Shown here: positions 26,763 to 40,258 of the stretch, piece by piece | Numbering within the stretch: position 1 is the first letter of the stretch | How the letters are laid out: the number at the start of each line of letters is the position of its first letter | Assembly: GCA_964016885.1 (NCBI GenBank) | Contig: OZ024753.1 | Span: 4,898,001-4,962,000, forward strand | DNA: 64,000 bases | Source of the DNA: Eledone cirrhosa | Taxonomy: Eukaryota | Direction of reading: 5' to 3' | The notes under the pieces: generated by a model | Databases searched by the model: none | Seen by the model: the letters and a program-made list of their open reading frames with translations, nothing else | Told to the model about the DNA's origin: nothing | Translations under genes and position numbers: made by a program

Positions 26763-27468
26763 TTACCTTTTCGTTTCCTGGAGGTCGGGTTGTTCGATCT
26801 CCATGTCCAGATTGGTGGTGTTTGGGGAGGGAGGGAATCCTTTTCGCAGGACATGGTTAAGGGGCTTTTGGCAAGGGGAGCCCACATCATGTGGGAAGTT
26901 CTCTTTTAAAGTTTCATACTGTAGGGTTGTTACCCTGATAAGTTTGAGGTTTGGGGGTGGGTCGTTGGTGGGGAAGGTTTTCCCTTCCGTTTGTATTGTG
27001 GGGTCCTTTCGGACAGTTTCCACCAGTTCTTTGTTTCTTGTTTTTATGTATGTGTAGTTTGTTTTGTTTTTTATGTGTACTGTTTCTGTTTGTAGTTTTC
27101 TTTTTGTGTTTGGTGTTTGTGATTGTGGTGGTGTGGGTGTTTGTTTTGTTGGTGAAGTGTTTGGTTGTGTTGGTGGTGATTGTGTTGTTGGTGAAGTGTT
27201 TGGTTGTGTTGGTGGTGATTGTGTTGTTGGTGTGTTTGTCGTTTGTGACAGTGTGTTTATGGTGGGGTTGGGTGTGTGCGTGTTTTCTGTAGATAGATGT
27301 TTTTGTATCTTTTTTTTGTCTTTTTTGTTTTTTGGATTTTTGGGGTTCCTCTTCATTCTCACTTGGAGATGTAGAGGTTCCCGTATCTGAGACTTCTGAA
27401 TCAGGGGTAGATGGGAGGGGTATCTTGTGTGGTGGAGTGTTTGTGCAGGTGTTTGTGGGAGTATTTGA
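26763..27468 (-). pseudogene. Tx1 ORF1 C-terminal part (Pro/Thr-rich, 39-bp internal tandem repeat)
   Basis: Open frame ending about 40 bp before the ORF2 ATG, with PTTQSPPTQPNTS repeated. The ORF-track extension upstream runs through the microsatellite and is an artefact. Confidence 0.7.
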
Positions 27469-27471
27469 TAT

Positions 27472-27472
<1 letters not shown>

Positions 27473-27528
<56 letters not shown>
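27473..27528. repeat. (GATA)n flanking the 5' truncation point of the Tx1 element
   Basis: Read directly from the sequence. Confidence 0.95.
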
Positions 27529-27732
27529 CTCGTGTTTGTGTCTGTGAGTGTGTGAGTAATTTTCCATGTCTGAAGTTGTTCATTTCCGACTATGCAGTGT
27601 TTGCTTGTCAAGAAGAAAAAAATTAAACAAATCAAACGCAATATCCAAACGCTACAGGTTAAATATGCATGGAGTACTAAATTAAATATGGTCTTCTTTG
27701 ATTCTTATCTAAGAACATCGGTAACATAGACG

Positions 27733-27789
<57 letters not shown>

Positions 27790-27792
<3 letters not shown>

Positions 27793-27995
27793 GATTTCTG
27801 ATTTAGGCACAAGGCCAACAATTTGGGGTGAAGGAAAAGTCGACTAAAACGACCCCAGTGCGTTACTAGTACTTTATTCTATTGACTCGGTAAGGATGAA
27901 AGGCAAAGTTGGTGGGATTTGAACTCAGAACGTAAAGGGATGTAACTCTATTCTACAAAGCATGTTGTGTGACGCTCTACTGATGCTACCAATAC
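27790..27995 (-). mobile_element. Family A SINE
   Basis: AGGCACAAGGCC...AAGGATGAAAGGCAAAG...GGGATTTGAACTCAG. Confidence 0.8.
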
Positions 27996-28705
27996 ACTAC
28001 TGCTCTGATTGCATCAGATATTATTGCAACTGCTATTTTGATGATGATACTTTTGTTGTCGTTTCTTACGTTTGCTATTACATAGGCTTATGAACATTCA
28101 GAATCTCTAATAATGGTGCACTTAATTTGTGAAACAAAAAATATTTTACTAATGAAAATATTCACATATTTCAATAATTTATTATAGCTCTGGGCTAAAA
28201 AAATGTATTTTCATTTTTCTTTCTGGACACAATAATAATGTCTAAAGCACTAATACTCACATAATACCATATAACACAGAACAAAAGGAATATTACATCT
28301 AAGTGAGGCAGCCATTTTTCTTTCAAGAAATAAGTTTTAATTAACTCATAACAGAATGAAAGAAAGAAAACGAAATCTCACGGGAAAGATTTCTTGAATA
28401 TTTCTTTTGTTTTTCTTTTCATAAGAAAATAATATTTCTATTTTGCCAATTTGATTTCTATCAGCAGACTCATATTATGACGTAAATGCTGTAGTTCTAT
28501 CTATCCCTGAAAACCAAACTTGAAAATATATATATTTTTTTTTTCTTGCCTATGCATGAAGTTGTATTCGGTCGAAGAAGTGATAAGCGAAATAGCGATG
28601 TTTATTAATGTTTAAATGGTATTCCTTTTATCAATCCTGTGATACTGATCAAACTGGTATTACAAATTGGGTACGGTCTCCATTTTCTAGATTTATCATC
28701 CATTA

Positions 28706-28749
<44 letters not shown>

Positions 28750-28922
28750 TAGTCGGAAAGTCTCATACATATTTCAACTTTTTGTTAGAGATATACTGTC
28801 TCCACTTAATTAATGCTGTTCAGGCCGAATGGTTAAAGAGTTATATCCCGAGTTCGATCCCACTGCGTTGTATGTTAAGAATTATATAATATACTTTTTG
28901 TACCTATCTACCTTTCTTTGTG

Positions 28923-29260
28923 AAGGCAGCGAATTGGCAGAGTCGTTAGAACGTAGGATAGAATGCTTTGTAGTATTTGTGCCGGTTCTCTGCTCTCTGA
29001 GTTCAAATCCCGCAGAGGTCAACTTTGCCTTTCATCCATTCGAGGTCGATAAAAAGTATCAGTCAAGTACTGGGGTCAATTCTTCTTCTCTGTCTCTTTC
29101 TCGTTGCCTCTCACTCACTTTCTCTATCCTTCTCTGGAAGAAATTTGTTGTACTCAGGTCATGAGAAGGATGGGCTCCGCCAGGCTTAAAATTCCCTAAA
29201 AGCGCCGTATGTCAAAACGTCGCCCCTACGACTCCATCATGTGTTGCGGGACTATACCAT
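28923..29260 (+). mobile_element. Family A SINE (long tail)
   Basis: A-box TGGCAGAGTCG, B-box GAGTTCAAATCCC, CTTTGCCTTTCATCCATTCGAGGTCGATAAA. Confidence 0.85.
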
Positions 29261-30040
29261 ATACCATACCTTTCTTTATGCCAATTTGTCTTTGTTTGTT
29301 TTGTATTTTGTTCGTTAATCGTTCCATAATAGAATTGAAAAAGGAAACCAAACCTGATTGTCAACTCGTATCATCAGTTCCTCTATTTTTAAGATACCTG
29401 CTATAACGAATGACCCGATATAACGCACGAAAAGCATAATTATAGAAATATGATAGATTCAGTTGAATTTTGTTGAAGAGGTGTATTTCTGTCTCTATGA
29501 ATATTGTGCATTGCTCTTCAGTAGAAATTGGTATAGTTTTTCAACTAAAAATAGACTGAAGTTCTTTAGAAATCTGCATTTAAGTGAGGAACGAAAGCCA
29601 AAATTTAGATCTGAATTCAAATATATCTCGAAGAAGCATTTAGGAAAAGTATATGGCATTAGATCAAAGAAATTCGAATCTGGTGCCAAGGACAAAATCC
29701 TTCTAAAATGATTTTGATTTAGATCCGAAGTAGAATCTAATACAATATTTAAGTTTCAGTTGATACTGAAAAGACACCATTTCTGTTTAAACACGTTGGC
29801 GAATCGCCCAAGTACTTTAATTGTTGGGAATGGTTAGGAAGTCTTTATGTATTTATTTTTGATACGAAATTCTTTTGTCAAACATTTATTTTTAGTTTTT
29901 GTAGAGGAGTATTTTTTTTTAAATTGTTCTTGCATAAGAAAAGAAAAATTACGATGAAATGTACCTAAGAATTCCACTACTTAGGTGCACATATTTATAT
30001 ATATATGTGTGTGTGTGTATGTGTGTGTGAGAGAGAAAGA

Positions 30041-30228
30041 GGGTTTCGGGTTCAATCGGGGGTAACCACAGTAAGTAAGATACTCAATATATTAGTAGAG
30101 TGTATACATAGTGTTTAATATAGAAATGGCTTCTACAGGACTAGATTTCAAAAGAAATCATCTGGAAAGTCTTTCCTGATGATTTCTTTTGAAATCCAGT
30201 CTTGTAGAAGCCATTTCTATATTAAACA
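30041..30228 (-). mobile_element. Palindromic Penelope-like short element (family P3)
   Basis: 117-bp near-perfect palindrome at 30112-30228 plus an ~70-bp extension whose minus strand contains ACTCTACTA...TTGAGTA, as in the P1 extension. Confidence 0.6.
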
Positions 30229-30285
30229 TGATATAATATATATATATATACATATATATATATACATATATTTATATACATATAT

Positions 30286-30369
<84 letters not shown>

Positions 30370-30856
30370 ACGTATGTGTGCACGTGTGTATGTGTATGTG
30401 CAAAGATGTAGATAGAAGACTAGATATATAGCTAGATAGAGAGATATTGACTGCAGGCGTTTTCTTGAAAGTTTGGCACTTGTATGAATTACTATGATTG
30501 TATTTATTTTTTATGTGCATCCTACTCAGAATTCATTAATGACTTATCTATAGAATGCTATTGATTTTAACATTAAACATTGGCTTTGTGATCTCTTCAA
30601 ATTTATACAAACAGCTTTCAATGTCAAAATAAAATGTGAGTAGATAAATAGATAGATAGATGTTTATGTATAAATATATACATATGATCCTATTTATTTG
30701 TACCTGCAATTTTGCATTTGGAATTTGCATAATGAAGCAGCTTCATCAGTATCACGTAGCGTAAAAAATGAAAAAAACTTAAAATATTCATATAAAATGA
30801 TAATTAGCCACGAAGCAAACTGATAAATCCGTTTTTTAATATGTTGAGATTTTGCT

Positions 30857-31082
30857 TTTACCCCTTTTGTTATCAACCCAACCAAAACCGCCTCTGATTC
30901 TATGAAATAAAATCACCCACTTTAAATTAAAATCTTCCAACTTAATTTTATATAAGATCCTTACATTAAGTTGCAATCTTAATAATGAAATAATTAAAAG
31001 TTTTACTAAATCTCTCAAAATTCCTCATTAACTAATTAAAATAGAATATATTTCATTAGAAATATGGCCATGAAAGGGTTAA
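30857..31082. mobile_element. piggyBac-like MITE
   Basis: Ends TTTA-CCCCTTTT... and ...GAAAGGG-TTAA (TTAA target and CCC terminus, left end degenerate). Confidence 0.55.
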
Positions 31083-31099
31083 ATATTATATACATAAGA

Positions 31100-32130
31100 A
31101 TCAACTTGAAACCCTGTTCCAGACAATATTTACATGGGTTGACAAAAGAAGAATACATGAACTTTGGAATAGAAAAACGTACCAATGCAACCCTGAAGAT
31201 TAGAGAACTAATGAAAAACTCTATCATACTAGTTAGAGAAAATTAAATAAGAGAATTAGACCATCCGCAGACATAAAAATACTTAGGAATCAATTAACTA
31301 AACGGATTTGAATACACACAGACGAAGGAAGATATTTATTAGAAAGAAATACTGTAGATGGATTAGATTGCTACTTAAGACAGAACTAAATGCAAACAAT
31401 AAGATTGTAGGCATCAATATTCCCAGTAATAAGCTAGTTTCAACATTCTGAACTTGACACTAAAAGACCTAACAAAACTTAACAGAAAAGCAAGAAAATA
31501 ATGACTGCATTTAGAATACGCCACCCAAAATTGGATGTAAAAAGGTTACACCTACCACGCAGAGAGAAAGAGGCTTTATGAAACTTGAAACTATCTAAAA
31601 ATGATCTCTGTGGGGCTACAGAAATATATAATGAAAGATATTGGTAAGTTTACACAAATAGCCCTGAACAATAAACAAAACAAATTGTTTTCTATTTTCA
31701 AATAAACCAACAAATTCAAAACAGAAGTGGAATTGACAGATAATTATGAAGAAATGAAACAATGAAGAAACAGTAACAAAATCTGCTAAATAAATAACAA
31801 CCAAACTGAAAGCAGATCTCCAAATGCTATGCTAAAATGATGGTAACCCTTACGTGGCGAATACTTGATATGATATATAGGAAGAAAGTGGATAAACAAA
31901 ATTCACAAAGTATGTTAAGAAGCACTAGACTAAAAACCATGATTGAAGGATTTTTTAATGTAGCTCAAGAAACCACCAAAGATATATAATGAAGTAATTG
32001 AAAAATATGTCGTGATGGGAAATAAACAATTAACCACGTTATCTCTAGTTGCCCAGTCTTCGCCAAAAAAGAATATATCTACAGACCTAATAGAGTTGGG
32101 ATTTACACATATTGGAAATTATGCCAACAC
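31100..32130 (+). pseudogene. Highly decayed R4/Dong-type RT to CCHC fragment
   Basis: Residual motifs MNFGIEK, KYLGI, NANNKIVGIN, HPKLDVKRLHLPR, AQE, INHVISSCPVFAKKEYIYR, WKLCQH, collinear with the 60-62 kb element. Confidence 0.75.
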
Positions 32131-32283
32131 AGATTTCAAATCCCTCCGAGGTTAGCTTTGCTTTTCATCCTTACGGGGTCGATAAAATAAAACACCAGTA
32201 ACGTACTGGGGTCGTTTTAATCGGCTTTCCCCTTCCCCCAAGTTACTGGCCTTGTGCCTATACTAGAAATCATTATTATTACT
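32131..32283 (+). mobile_element. Family A SINE (5'-truncated)
   Basis: TTCAAATCCCTCCGAGGTTAGCTTTGCTTTTCATCCTTACGGGGTCGATAAAAT...(ATT)n. Confidence 0.85.
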
Positions 32284-32480
32284 ATGCATCCGGGCTCTAC
32301 CTGTGATACGGTACAATGCTAGGATCTTCAAGTGGACTAAGGCTAATGTTGATGAAATAGACCACTAAACAAGGACAATTATGTCCATAAGCTATTACAT
32401 CCGAAAGCAGGTGTGAACCAGCTGTAGATAAAACACACTGAAGGGAAAGAGCTGGTAAAGATTACAGATGTATTGAGAAT
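32284..32480 (+). pseudogene. Second decayed R4-type RT C-terminal fragment
   Basis: ALPVIRYNA.IFKWTKANVDEID and LHPKAGVNQL.IKHTEG, compared with AVSIIRYSVGILRW and FHKRSDVDRLYLRRSEGG in the 60-62 kb element. Confidence 0.6.
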
Positions 32481-35400
32481 GCGAGGTGAATAAAAAATAT
32501 GGATATCAAGTGTTCGACAAATTGTAACAAAATGTCCCAGAAAGTGTGCTCGATAACAGAGACAAAGCCAATATACTATGGAATTTCACTATCAAAACGA
32601 ATCACGGACTTGAACACAAAAGGCCTTATATATTAGGATATCGCTAATTGCGACATGTCTGATATTTTAAATTCACATATTTGTGATGATGTAATATAAA
32701 ATCGTTAAGAAAGAATCGGAGAACAACTTCAGTTTCCAGGCAAACGAATTGATAATATGATTTTGTAAAATCATGTAACTATATGCAAGACACTGCAGTT
32801 AACTTAAGAAAATCTGAATTCTACTTAGCTGTATTTGTGATAGCATTCTAACATTGTTATAGTTTGGGGCATTGCAAACGACAGTCATAAGCAATAGATA
32901 TAAAAAAGAGGTTGAAGAACAATGTCTGCTAAATGATTTGAGCTGTAGTTATCAGATGAAGCAAATCAAAGACAATCTGATTGCTCTTCTCAATAAATTT
33001 GTGACGTTATGGTTAGAAAAACAATACAATATACAGAATAGCCGTTATTTAACAGACTACATAGAATTCAATGACACAAAAGTTTGTTTCCGCAAAAGTA
33101 GTATCACTGACTAACAAAATGTAAATGTTTAAAATGGTGCAATGTTAAGCTGTACCTAACATTGGCTTTATCCTCCTGTATTCGTAGATAATGAACTGTC
33201 AGACAGGCATCTGGTCTAGTAGCAGGCCTGTAGTACTGCTTGTGACCATGCAGAAGTGAAACTTCTAGTCATTCAATGTTCCATGTGGAGGGGGGGGAGA
33301 ATGTTACCGACAGTATGACGAGAATGGTAACTGAATTAATCAGTAAAACATTAACATTGAATGAACTATTTTTACATTACATTTCAAAAGAAACACTAGT
33401 ATATCATGTAATTGAAAGTGCAGAGATTTGGAGTAAAGTATTGGTGACATTTTGTCTACTTACCATATTCAGTACAGCTATATTTCTTCTTTTTATTTTC
33501 TTCGTTCCTACATTGCGCATGTAAAACATAGTGTAAAACTGTTTTAGTTTCTTTCTACTTTTTTTTAAACCTTTATTTCCGAAAGATTTATTGTAGCAAC
33601 TATCTGTTTTGCCAAATGTGATTTTATTTCTAGATATTTTCGAAATTCGGTTGATTACGTGATGTTCTTTAATATGATAGGAAGTGGCTAAAATGTTTGA
33701 CGATGTACATACGTGATTTATTAAGTTTATATCTAACTCTATCTAAATCTAATGTAACATTTTGACATTTCATAAAAATGCGAAATGAAAACACATTGGA
33801 ATGAAAATGACTAAACATACCCACCAAAACTCGTAATCGTCCACTACGAATAACACAGGTAACACAGTTGTTTTGAAACTGCATTGCTAGAGATGGTTAG
33901 AAAACTGAATTTACTAAAGTATAGAACCTATTTCTAAGAGAAACTAACATTATATTTTATGATCATTAATTGTTCTAGCAAAGTTTTCACTGTCTACGAT
34001 AAACCTAAAAACATACACAGAGATATAATCACGCTTAAATTCAAATCTTAGATTATAATATGCACTGATACGTCGGCTCGGATATCTCAGGCAAGATTTC
34101 TAATGATTTCTTTATGTGGGACATACTTCATAAACACTTTAACCGGCAAAAAGCTGGTTTCCATATACTTTTCCAACATAATTACAGGCAGTAACCAAGC
34201 ATTACAGGGATCATGCAAATATCCCTGAAAGCCTAGCAATCAAATCAATATCCAGCTACATATAATCCGACATATTAGGGTGAGGTGGAGAGAGCTATTG
34301 GCGTAATTGCAAATGTATTGTGTTATAATTCTACGGTTGTAAATGTAATATAGAAGCAATACTTTCTCTAACGAATGCGTGATCTTTCTGTCTTGATCTA
34401 CCATGTACTAAATCTCGCATTGAATTGCGTAAAAAAGCTTACTATCGTCGTGGTACGATTGGCAAATGCATTTTTAAATAAACAAGCGAGAGGGGTGCCG
34501 CAGTATCATCTAGATATGTGTTGAAGTTAATGGAAATTCAAGTCCTTCTTAAAATACCATGACCGAGGATAATTGCAACCCAGTCTGCTATTTCTGCAAC
34601 GAAGATAAGTTCTAAATCCAATTTAAGAAAACAGAGATTTAAAATAGAACGATGACATAATTAACAAAAGCCATCATGAAATAAATTTTACTTAGACATC
34701 CTGAACAAAACATTTGGAACAGATTGAGATGGTAGATGTAAATTGTCGCTACATTGGACGCCTGCCTAATGCCATCCAGGATATATCAATGCGTAAGCCT
34801 ACAATACGACATCCAATTAGATTAGTGTCATCCAACAGTACTCAAGTTATTACTATCAGCATCATCCATCTGAAGATTGCCTTCCGGCAAGTAAAGTGGT
34901 TATAACTAATATATATATAATACATACACTCACACACAAATAAATACACACACACACACAATGACAAACGCACGCACATAGTCACACATACGCACACACA
35001 CCCACATAAATATATATTAATCGCTCGTCTCTTTCCTTCGTTCTTCACCTAATTCCAGTTCAAAACGCCATAACCTGTTTTACTGTATATGGCGTCAACG
35101 TAACTTTAATGTGTATCATCTTATTGCTGGATTTTGTTTTTGTTCTTTGAGTGTGCACACATGTTTTGTGGCGGGGGGGGGGGGTTATAGCCGATTTACA
35201 TTGCATTACTGAAACATTCATGCCAGAAGGTAATCGTTAGACAGATGCAGTTAATTGTAAGAAATCCACTACTGACAATATATCAAAATGTGTTGTGACA
35301 TCTGCACTGCATAGAAGAGACTCATCCTCCGGGCATCAATCACCTAACATTTATCTAAACAATAGATCACAGGTTTTCAGCAAGTGCAAAACATCTGCTA

Positions 35401-35974
35401 TCATACTGGTACCTACCACCAACGATTCCACTGCCACTACCACTACTACCAGATAGATATAAAAGCATTCTACACAAGAAACCAAGATGATACCTCATTG
35501 TTGAACTTAGCTATGTCAACGGGGAAGAACTTTGCTATCCACACAGAACTGTAGCTTCTTTGATTCCAAATTTTGCTTTGTTCTTTTCTTCTTCTCTTGT
35601 TTCCATCCTACACAAATTACCGTCTATCCTAAAATTTTCTATTTCTTTTTGCTTTACTCTTTACTTAGATATTGAAAGGAAGAACGTGTAAAATATTTCC
35701 CTGTGCACAGAAAAGATTTCGGAGAAACTTATTTCTTCATCCGAAGATAGCTATCCCTGAGATTCTTTATAGAGATGAATTTTACTATAGCAATGCATAC
35801 GTTTGATTATGTGATTAATTAAATTATAAATATTTATGCTAGAAAGTTTTAATTAAATTTAATATATATATATAAATACAATATATATATATGCATATAT
35901 ATGTATATATATTGTGTGTGTCTGTGTGTGTATGTGTATATATATATGTGTGTGTGTGTGTGTACATATATATG

Positions 35975-36017
<43 letters not shown>

Positions 36018-36063
36018 ATATATATGTAAGTATATGTATGTACATATATGTATGTATAATATG

Positions 36064-36094
<31 letters not shown>

Positions 36095-37379
36095 TGTGTG
36101 TGTATATATATATGAATACATATATATATATGTGTGTGTGTGTGTCCGTGTCTGTGTATATATATATACTTTGAATATATATATACTTTGAAGAATTTCA
36201 AAATGAAACTACCGACTACGAGGATATATTTATCTTTTTTAGTCTCAAGATTAATATTTCATTCCCCACAATATCGTAATTTCTTTTCCTTAATCAAATA
36301 CGTACAATCTACCTAAACCCTTTTCCTTGTATGTAAGGGTACGTCTTTGTGTGCGTTTAATGTGTGACTGTATTTGCGTATGTACGTCTATGTGTGCGTT
36401 TAATGTTTGTCTGTATGTGCGTAATATTTTGCCTATATGACGTAAAACGCTCAGATGTGAGTATAGATTTTTTTTCTTTGTAGTATATTTAATATTTGTT
36501 TTATATTAGATGGTGGGTTTTAGAAGTCAATGTATTAAAACTTTCTTTTGAGTTATTTACGAGACACAAGTAGTCATATATGGAATTTTCTATTTTCTAT
36601 TTTACGTTTCACTACTGAATCAGAATACTTCTTATCCCTTTGTTAACCGTATTGCTTTTTTTTCTCTTTCTCACGTTATTTTCCTTTAGTATACTCTACA
36701 TTTTTATTCATTTTTTTTTTCAGTAATTTCTGCACTTGCTATATTTTGTTCATAATTGTTTTCTAAGATGCCAATTAGATTTGGAGCCGTGGTGTCTGGC
36801 GCAATATAGCAACTTCATTAATAGATGTAGCGTAATTTAAAACTGCGAGGAATACAAATGTATCTTGTTCAATGAAATAAGAAGCAAATGGAAATTGAAA
36901 AGAAGTCTTTTACTGAGTAAAAAAAAAATTAGGTTAAAATGTCGAGACAAGGAGATTAAAGAGAAACTCTTGTAACCGTTGAATATTCCACACAGACTTT
37001 TAAACTTTACTTTAAGCTTATGCAATCTTCTCATTTATAGAAACACGATTATCACTTTAAAGGGTAGATTTGCCGATATAGGAAGACCTAAATGTTTTCT
37101 ACGTTTACATTACCAATGTGATGTTTCAATTCTCATCGAATAAATATATAAATTCTACTGCGATTTATTAGGGGATTGTGAATATGGTGGGTCTTTCTAA
37201 ATGGGTTCTCATAAGACCACAACTTACTACCGTAAACTTATTAACCTATATAGGGTAATGAAGTAAATTATAATGAAATCTCTCGTCGATCAAAGACGAC
37301 GTCTGTATAAGCACCAACACCAGCAAATATTGACTACTCTTAGTTTCTGTATTTTCATTTCAATATGTATATATATATA

Positions 37380-37616
37380 TATGGTAGCATGACTCAACCA
37401 TTCCAAATCCGCATTAAAGAACACCTCAACATACACGCATCCTCATTCAAAAAGTATATTGACAAATGCAGAAACATCAACAAAAATATAATAGTCAATA
37501 ATGAAGCCAGAGAGAGAAATGTGGGCAATTTAAGAATAAACTAAGTATTGCTTATACGTAGACTCAACCTACAAATCAATAACAGAATGGAAATCAGCAC
37601 ACAATACTTGACATAA
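37380..37616 (+). pseudogene. Penelope-type GIY-YIG endonuclease remnant (one internal stop)
   Basis: Translates YGSMTQPFQIRIKEHLNIHASSF...NLRIN*VLLIRRLNLQINNRME. This matches the PLE pattern Y.G.T...F..R.KEH / E..LI....P.IN, with TAA at the expected catalytic Glu codon. 5' end truncated at (TA)n. Confidence 0.75.
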
Positions 37617-38429
37617 AAGGTCACACACACACGCAACCTAAACACAATAATGTACACAAGCACAAGAAATTTGATTCCATGAGATGTTACATACACCAAT
37701 TGGCACCATCTGGCAGCTTCTCGTGAATATATACGGTGTATCTCCATATTTTATTAATCTAAACATGTGTCTGTGTTAAGTGTGTGAGTGTGTTTAGCGC
37801 GTGTTTTTGAGTGTGTGTGTGTGTTTGTGATGAGTGTTCGAATACGCTTGCGTGCGTGTGTGTATGTGCGCGTCAATTAAACAATGTTTTCGCTGAAAAA
37901 AAAAGACTGAGAGACAGGAAAATATCTTGAATGTAGTTCATAGGTGTTTCTGTGCAATTTATTTACTACAAAGATGTTAGAAACATATTTTATTTTGACT
38001 AGAGCAAAAAGTACCATCAGTGTGTGGAAGGAATTTGTTGTGGTTTTGTGTTTTTGCCTCCACAGTTAAGAATCTAGCGAAATACTTCATCGATATTGAT
38101 ATTCGTAAAATAAATTATACTGATATATTGCCCCTATATAAGTTCATATCTACAATGAGACAATTTATTATCGATACATGAACTATAAAAATACATTTTA
38201 TGTCACATATTTCTTGATTTATGTGAAATAAAATTTATGAATTGAAACTTGAATTATACATAATTTTGAAAAAAAATTTTATAAAATATCATATTTTTCA
38301 AATATACACGGCACAAACAAAAGTAAACAAAAATAAAGACAGAAACAGTGAAGAATTTTAAAATAAACTAAAAGAAACTCTAAATTGTCAGCTAATGAAC
38401 ATATCTCAGCTATGTCCGACGGACAACAT

Positions 38430-38520
38430 GACAAGAGTTGACCTCGGTGGGATTTGAACTCAAGGCGCAGGTAGCCGGAACAAATACCACGAACATTCTG
38501 TCCGACGTTGTAACTGACTG
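38430..38520 (-). mobile_element. Family A SINE head fragment
   Basis: GTTGACCTCGGTGGGATTTGAACTC. Confidence 0.65.
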
Positions 38521-38803
38521 GGGCATTCCGTCGGTTAAGACGATGAGTGTTCCAGTTGATCCGATCAACAGAACAGCCTGCTCATGAAATTAACGTCCAC
38601 AAACATGCGTACCCTTAGGGAGATTCAGCGTGACACAGAATGTGATAAGGCTGGACATTCGAACTACAGGTACAACTCCTTTTTGAGTGAACTGGAGCAA
38701 CATGAAATAAAGTATCTTGTTCAAGGACGCAATGCGTTGCGGGAATCGAACTCACAACCTTACGATTGTAAGCCGAATACCCTAACCACAAAGCCACGCG
38801 CCT
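38520..38803 (-). mobile_element. Family B CORE-like SINE
   Basis: Reverse-complement paralog of 978-1268. Confidence 0.8.
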
Positions 38804-38809
38804 TTCCGA

Positions 38810-39240
38810 AGTTCTAACTACTCCAACAATTCACTGATAGACAAATACCGAGGCCTCACCGACCGCTTCTTCTTTTCACCACTCCTCCTCGAGATCTGGC
38901 GTCGTTGGTCCCCGCACTGCTGATTTCCTCCGTAAAGTTGGAATGACTGCGGCCCGCTTGAAGAGGGAGTCACGGGAAGTGGGGTGGCTAACACTTTTGT
39001 CGTTTCGTCCGCGTGGCGCTGTTGAGGCACCGCTCGGACTGGAGTGTAGTGATTTCTCCTTCCACCTCTCCCTTTCTTTCGTTGCTTGATCCTTCTTTCC
39101 TTTTCTTTTTTTTCTCTTCATTTTTTTCTTCTTCCTTTACTGTTCTCCTTAATAGTGTATTTTGTTTTTCTTAGATACTGCTCAATATGTGCTTGTATTT
39201 TACAGTGATTCATAAATAAATGACGAATAAAAATAAATTC
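38810..39240 (+). mobile_element. Probable LINE 3' end (GC-rich ORF2 C-terminus + pyrimidine-rich 3' UTR)
   Basis: ADFLRKVGM-like C-terminal motif, GC-rich island, and terminal AATAAA repeats. Confidence 0.4.
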
Positions 39241-39795
39241 GCTGCCTCCCCTAGGAATAATATATTATATTATAAATTGTATCGAACAGTAAGGTTGCTA
39301 AATTGCAAATACGAAGAGATCTTGGGAGAACGTTTTACTCCCCTTACAATACCCATCTTTTAAAACAGAGACATCACGTGCCTTGTTATTTTAACAGAAC
39401 TTCCCGTCCTTTCAAAATCTTATCATGGTAAAATAATTCAACATATTTTGGAATTATTTCAAAAACGACAACGACAAATATTAGCTTAAAGAGAAATAAA
39501 TAAATAAATAAATACAAAATGAAAAAAAAATGTCTATCAATAGTCTATTCAGACTTTAAGAAAAAGCTAGCAGAAATGTTTGTGCTTACAAATTAACTAG
39601 TGTCAGGACATTGTATTAAATGTACTGTTATTAAGAGATAGCGATTTTTAAAGTAGATTGTGGGAACTTAAAAATCGTTGAACTTAAAATAATCTAAGCT
39701 AAAGTGATATCAATTAAGATTGTGATAAAATACAGAAGTTTTACCAAATAGATCAGCACAATAGAATAAGGGGAAAATGAGATTATATATATATA

Positions 39796-39874
39796 CAGGG
39801 TGTCCCAATAAAATGTATACACATATTTATTAGAATGCAGTAGAAGTGTGTATATATTTTGGGGGGACACCCTA
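39796..39874. mobile_element. Tc1/mariner mini-MITE (~79 bp)
   Basis: TA-CAGGGTGTCCCAATAAAATGTATACACA ... TGTGTATATATTTTGGGGGGACACCCTA-TA. Confidence 0.8.
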
Positions 39875-40258
39875 TATATATATATGTGTGAGTGTGTGTG
39901 TGCGTGTGTGTGTAAAGAGGCAACACAGTTTAAACTCATTGAAGAGAAATATTAGTTTCAAATTAAATAAATATAAAAGACTAAAATAGACTTGTTCTTG
40001 TTGCTTTTTGTTACTAATTTTGAAAGGTAATTTTCTAAGAAATGCGATGTCTAGGCCTTTTAGAGCGAATTGTGTGCTTTTTGTCGAGCTACCAGTATGA
40101 CCATCTTACAGGCTATTTAGTGGATGTAAAATATAAACAATAAGTTTGAGGGTAAAGATCAAATATCGAACTATTCTAGAAAATCCTAGCAGTGTGTTAG
40201 CATAAATCATATAGTCGAGGATTAAAATACTTTATGAATTAAGTGACTAACATTTGTT

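Larger units (their letters stand above)
23081..27468 (-). mobile_element. Tx1-type (L1 clade) non-LTR retrotransposon, 5'-truncated, disabled
   Basis: ORF1 C-terminus, then ORF2 with APE endonuclease, RT and C-terminal CCHC. The 3' UTR ends GGCAAATAAAGAAAG next to (TATC)n. Confidence 0.92.

Noticed and set aside
30176-30201. CTGATGA...GAAA...GTC read as a complete hammerhead
   Set aside because: No stem I pairing and only a marginal stem II; treated as part of the palindrome instead
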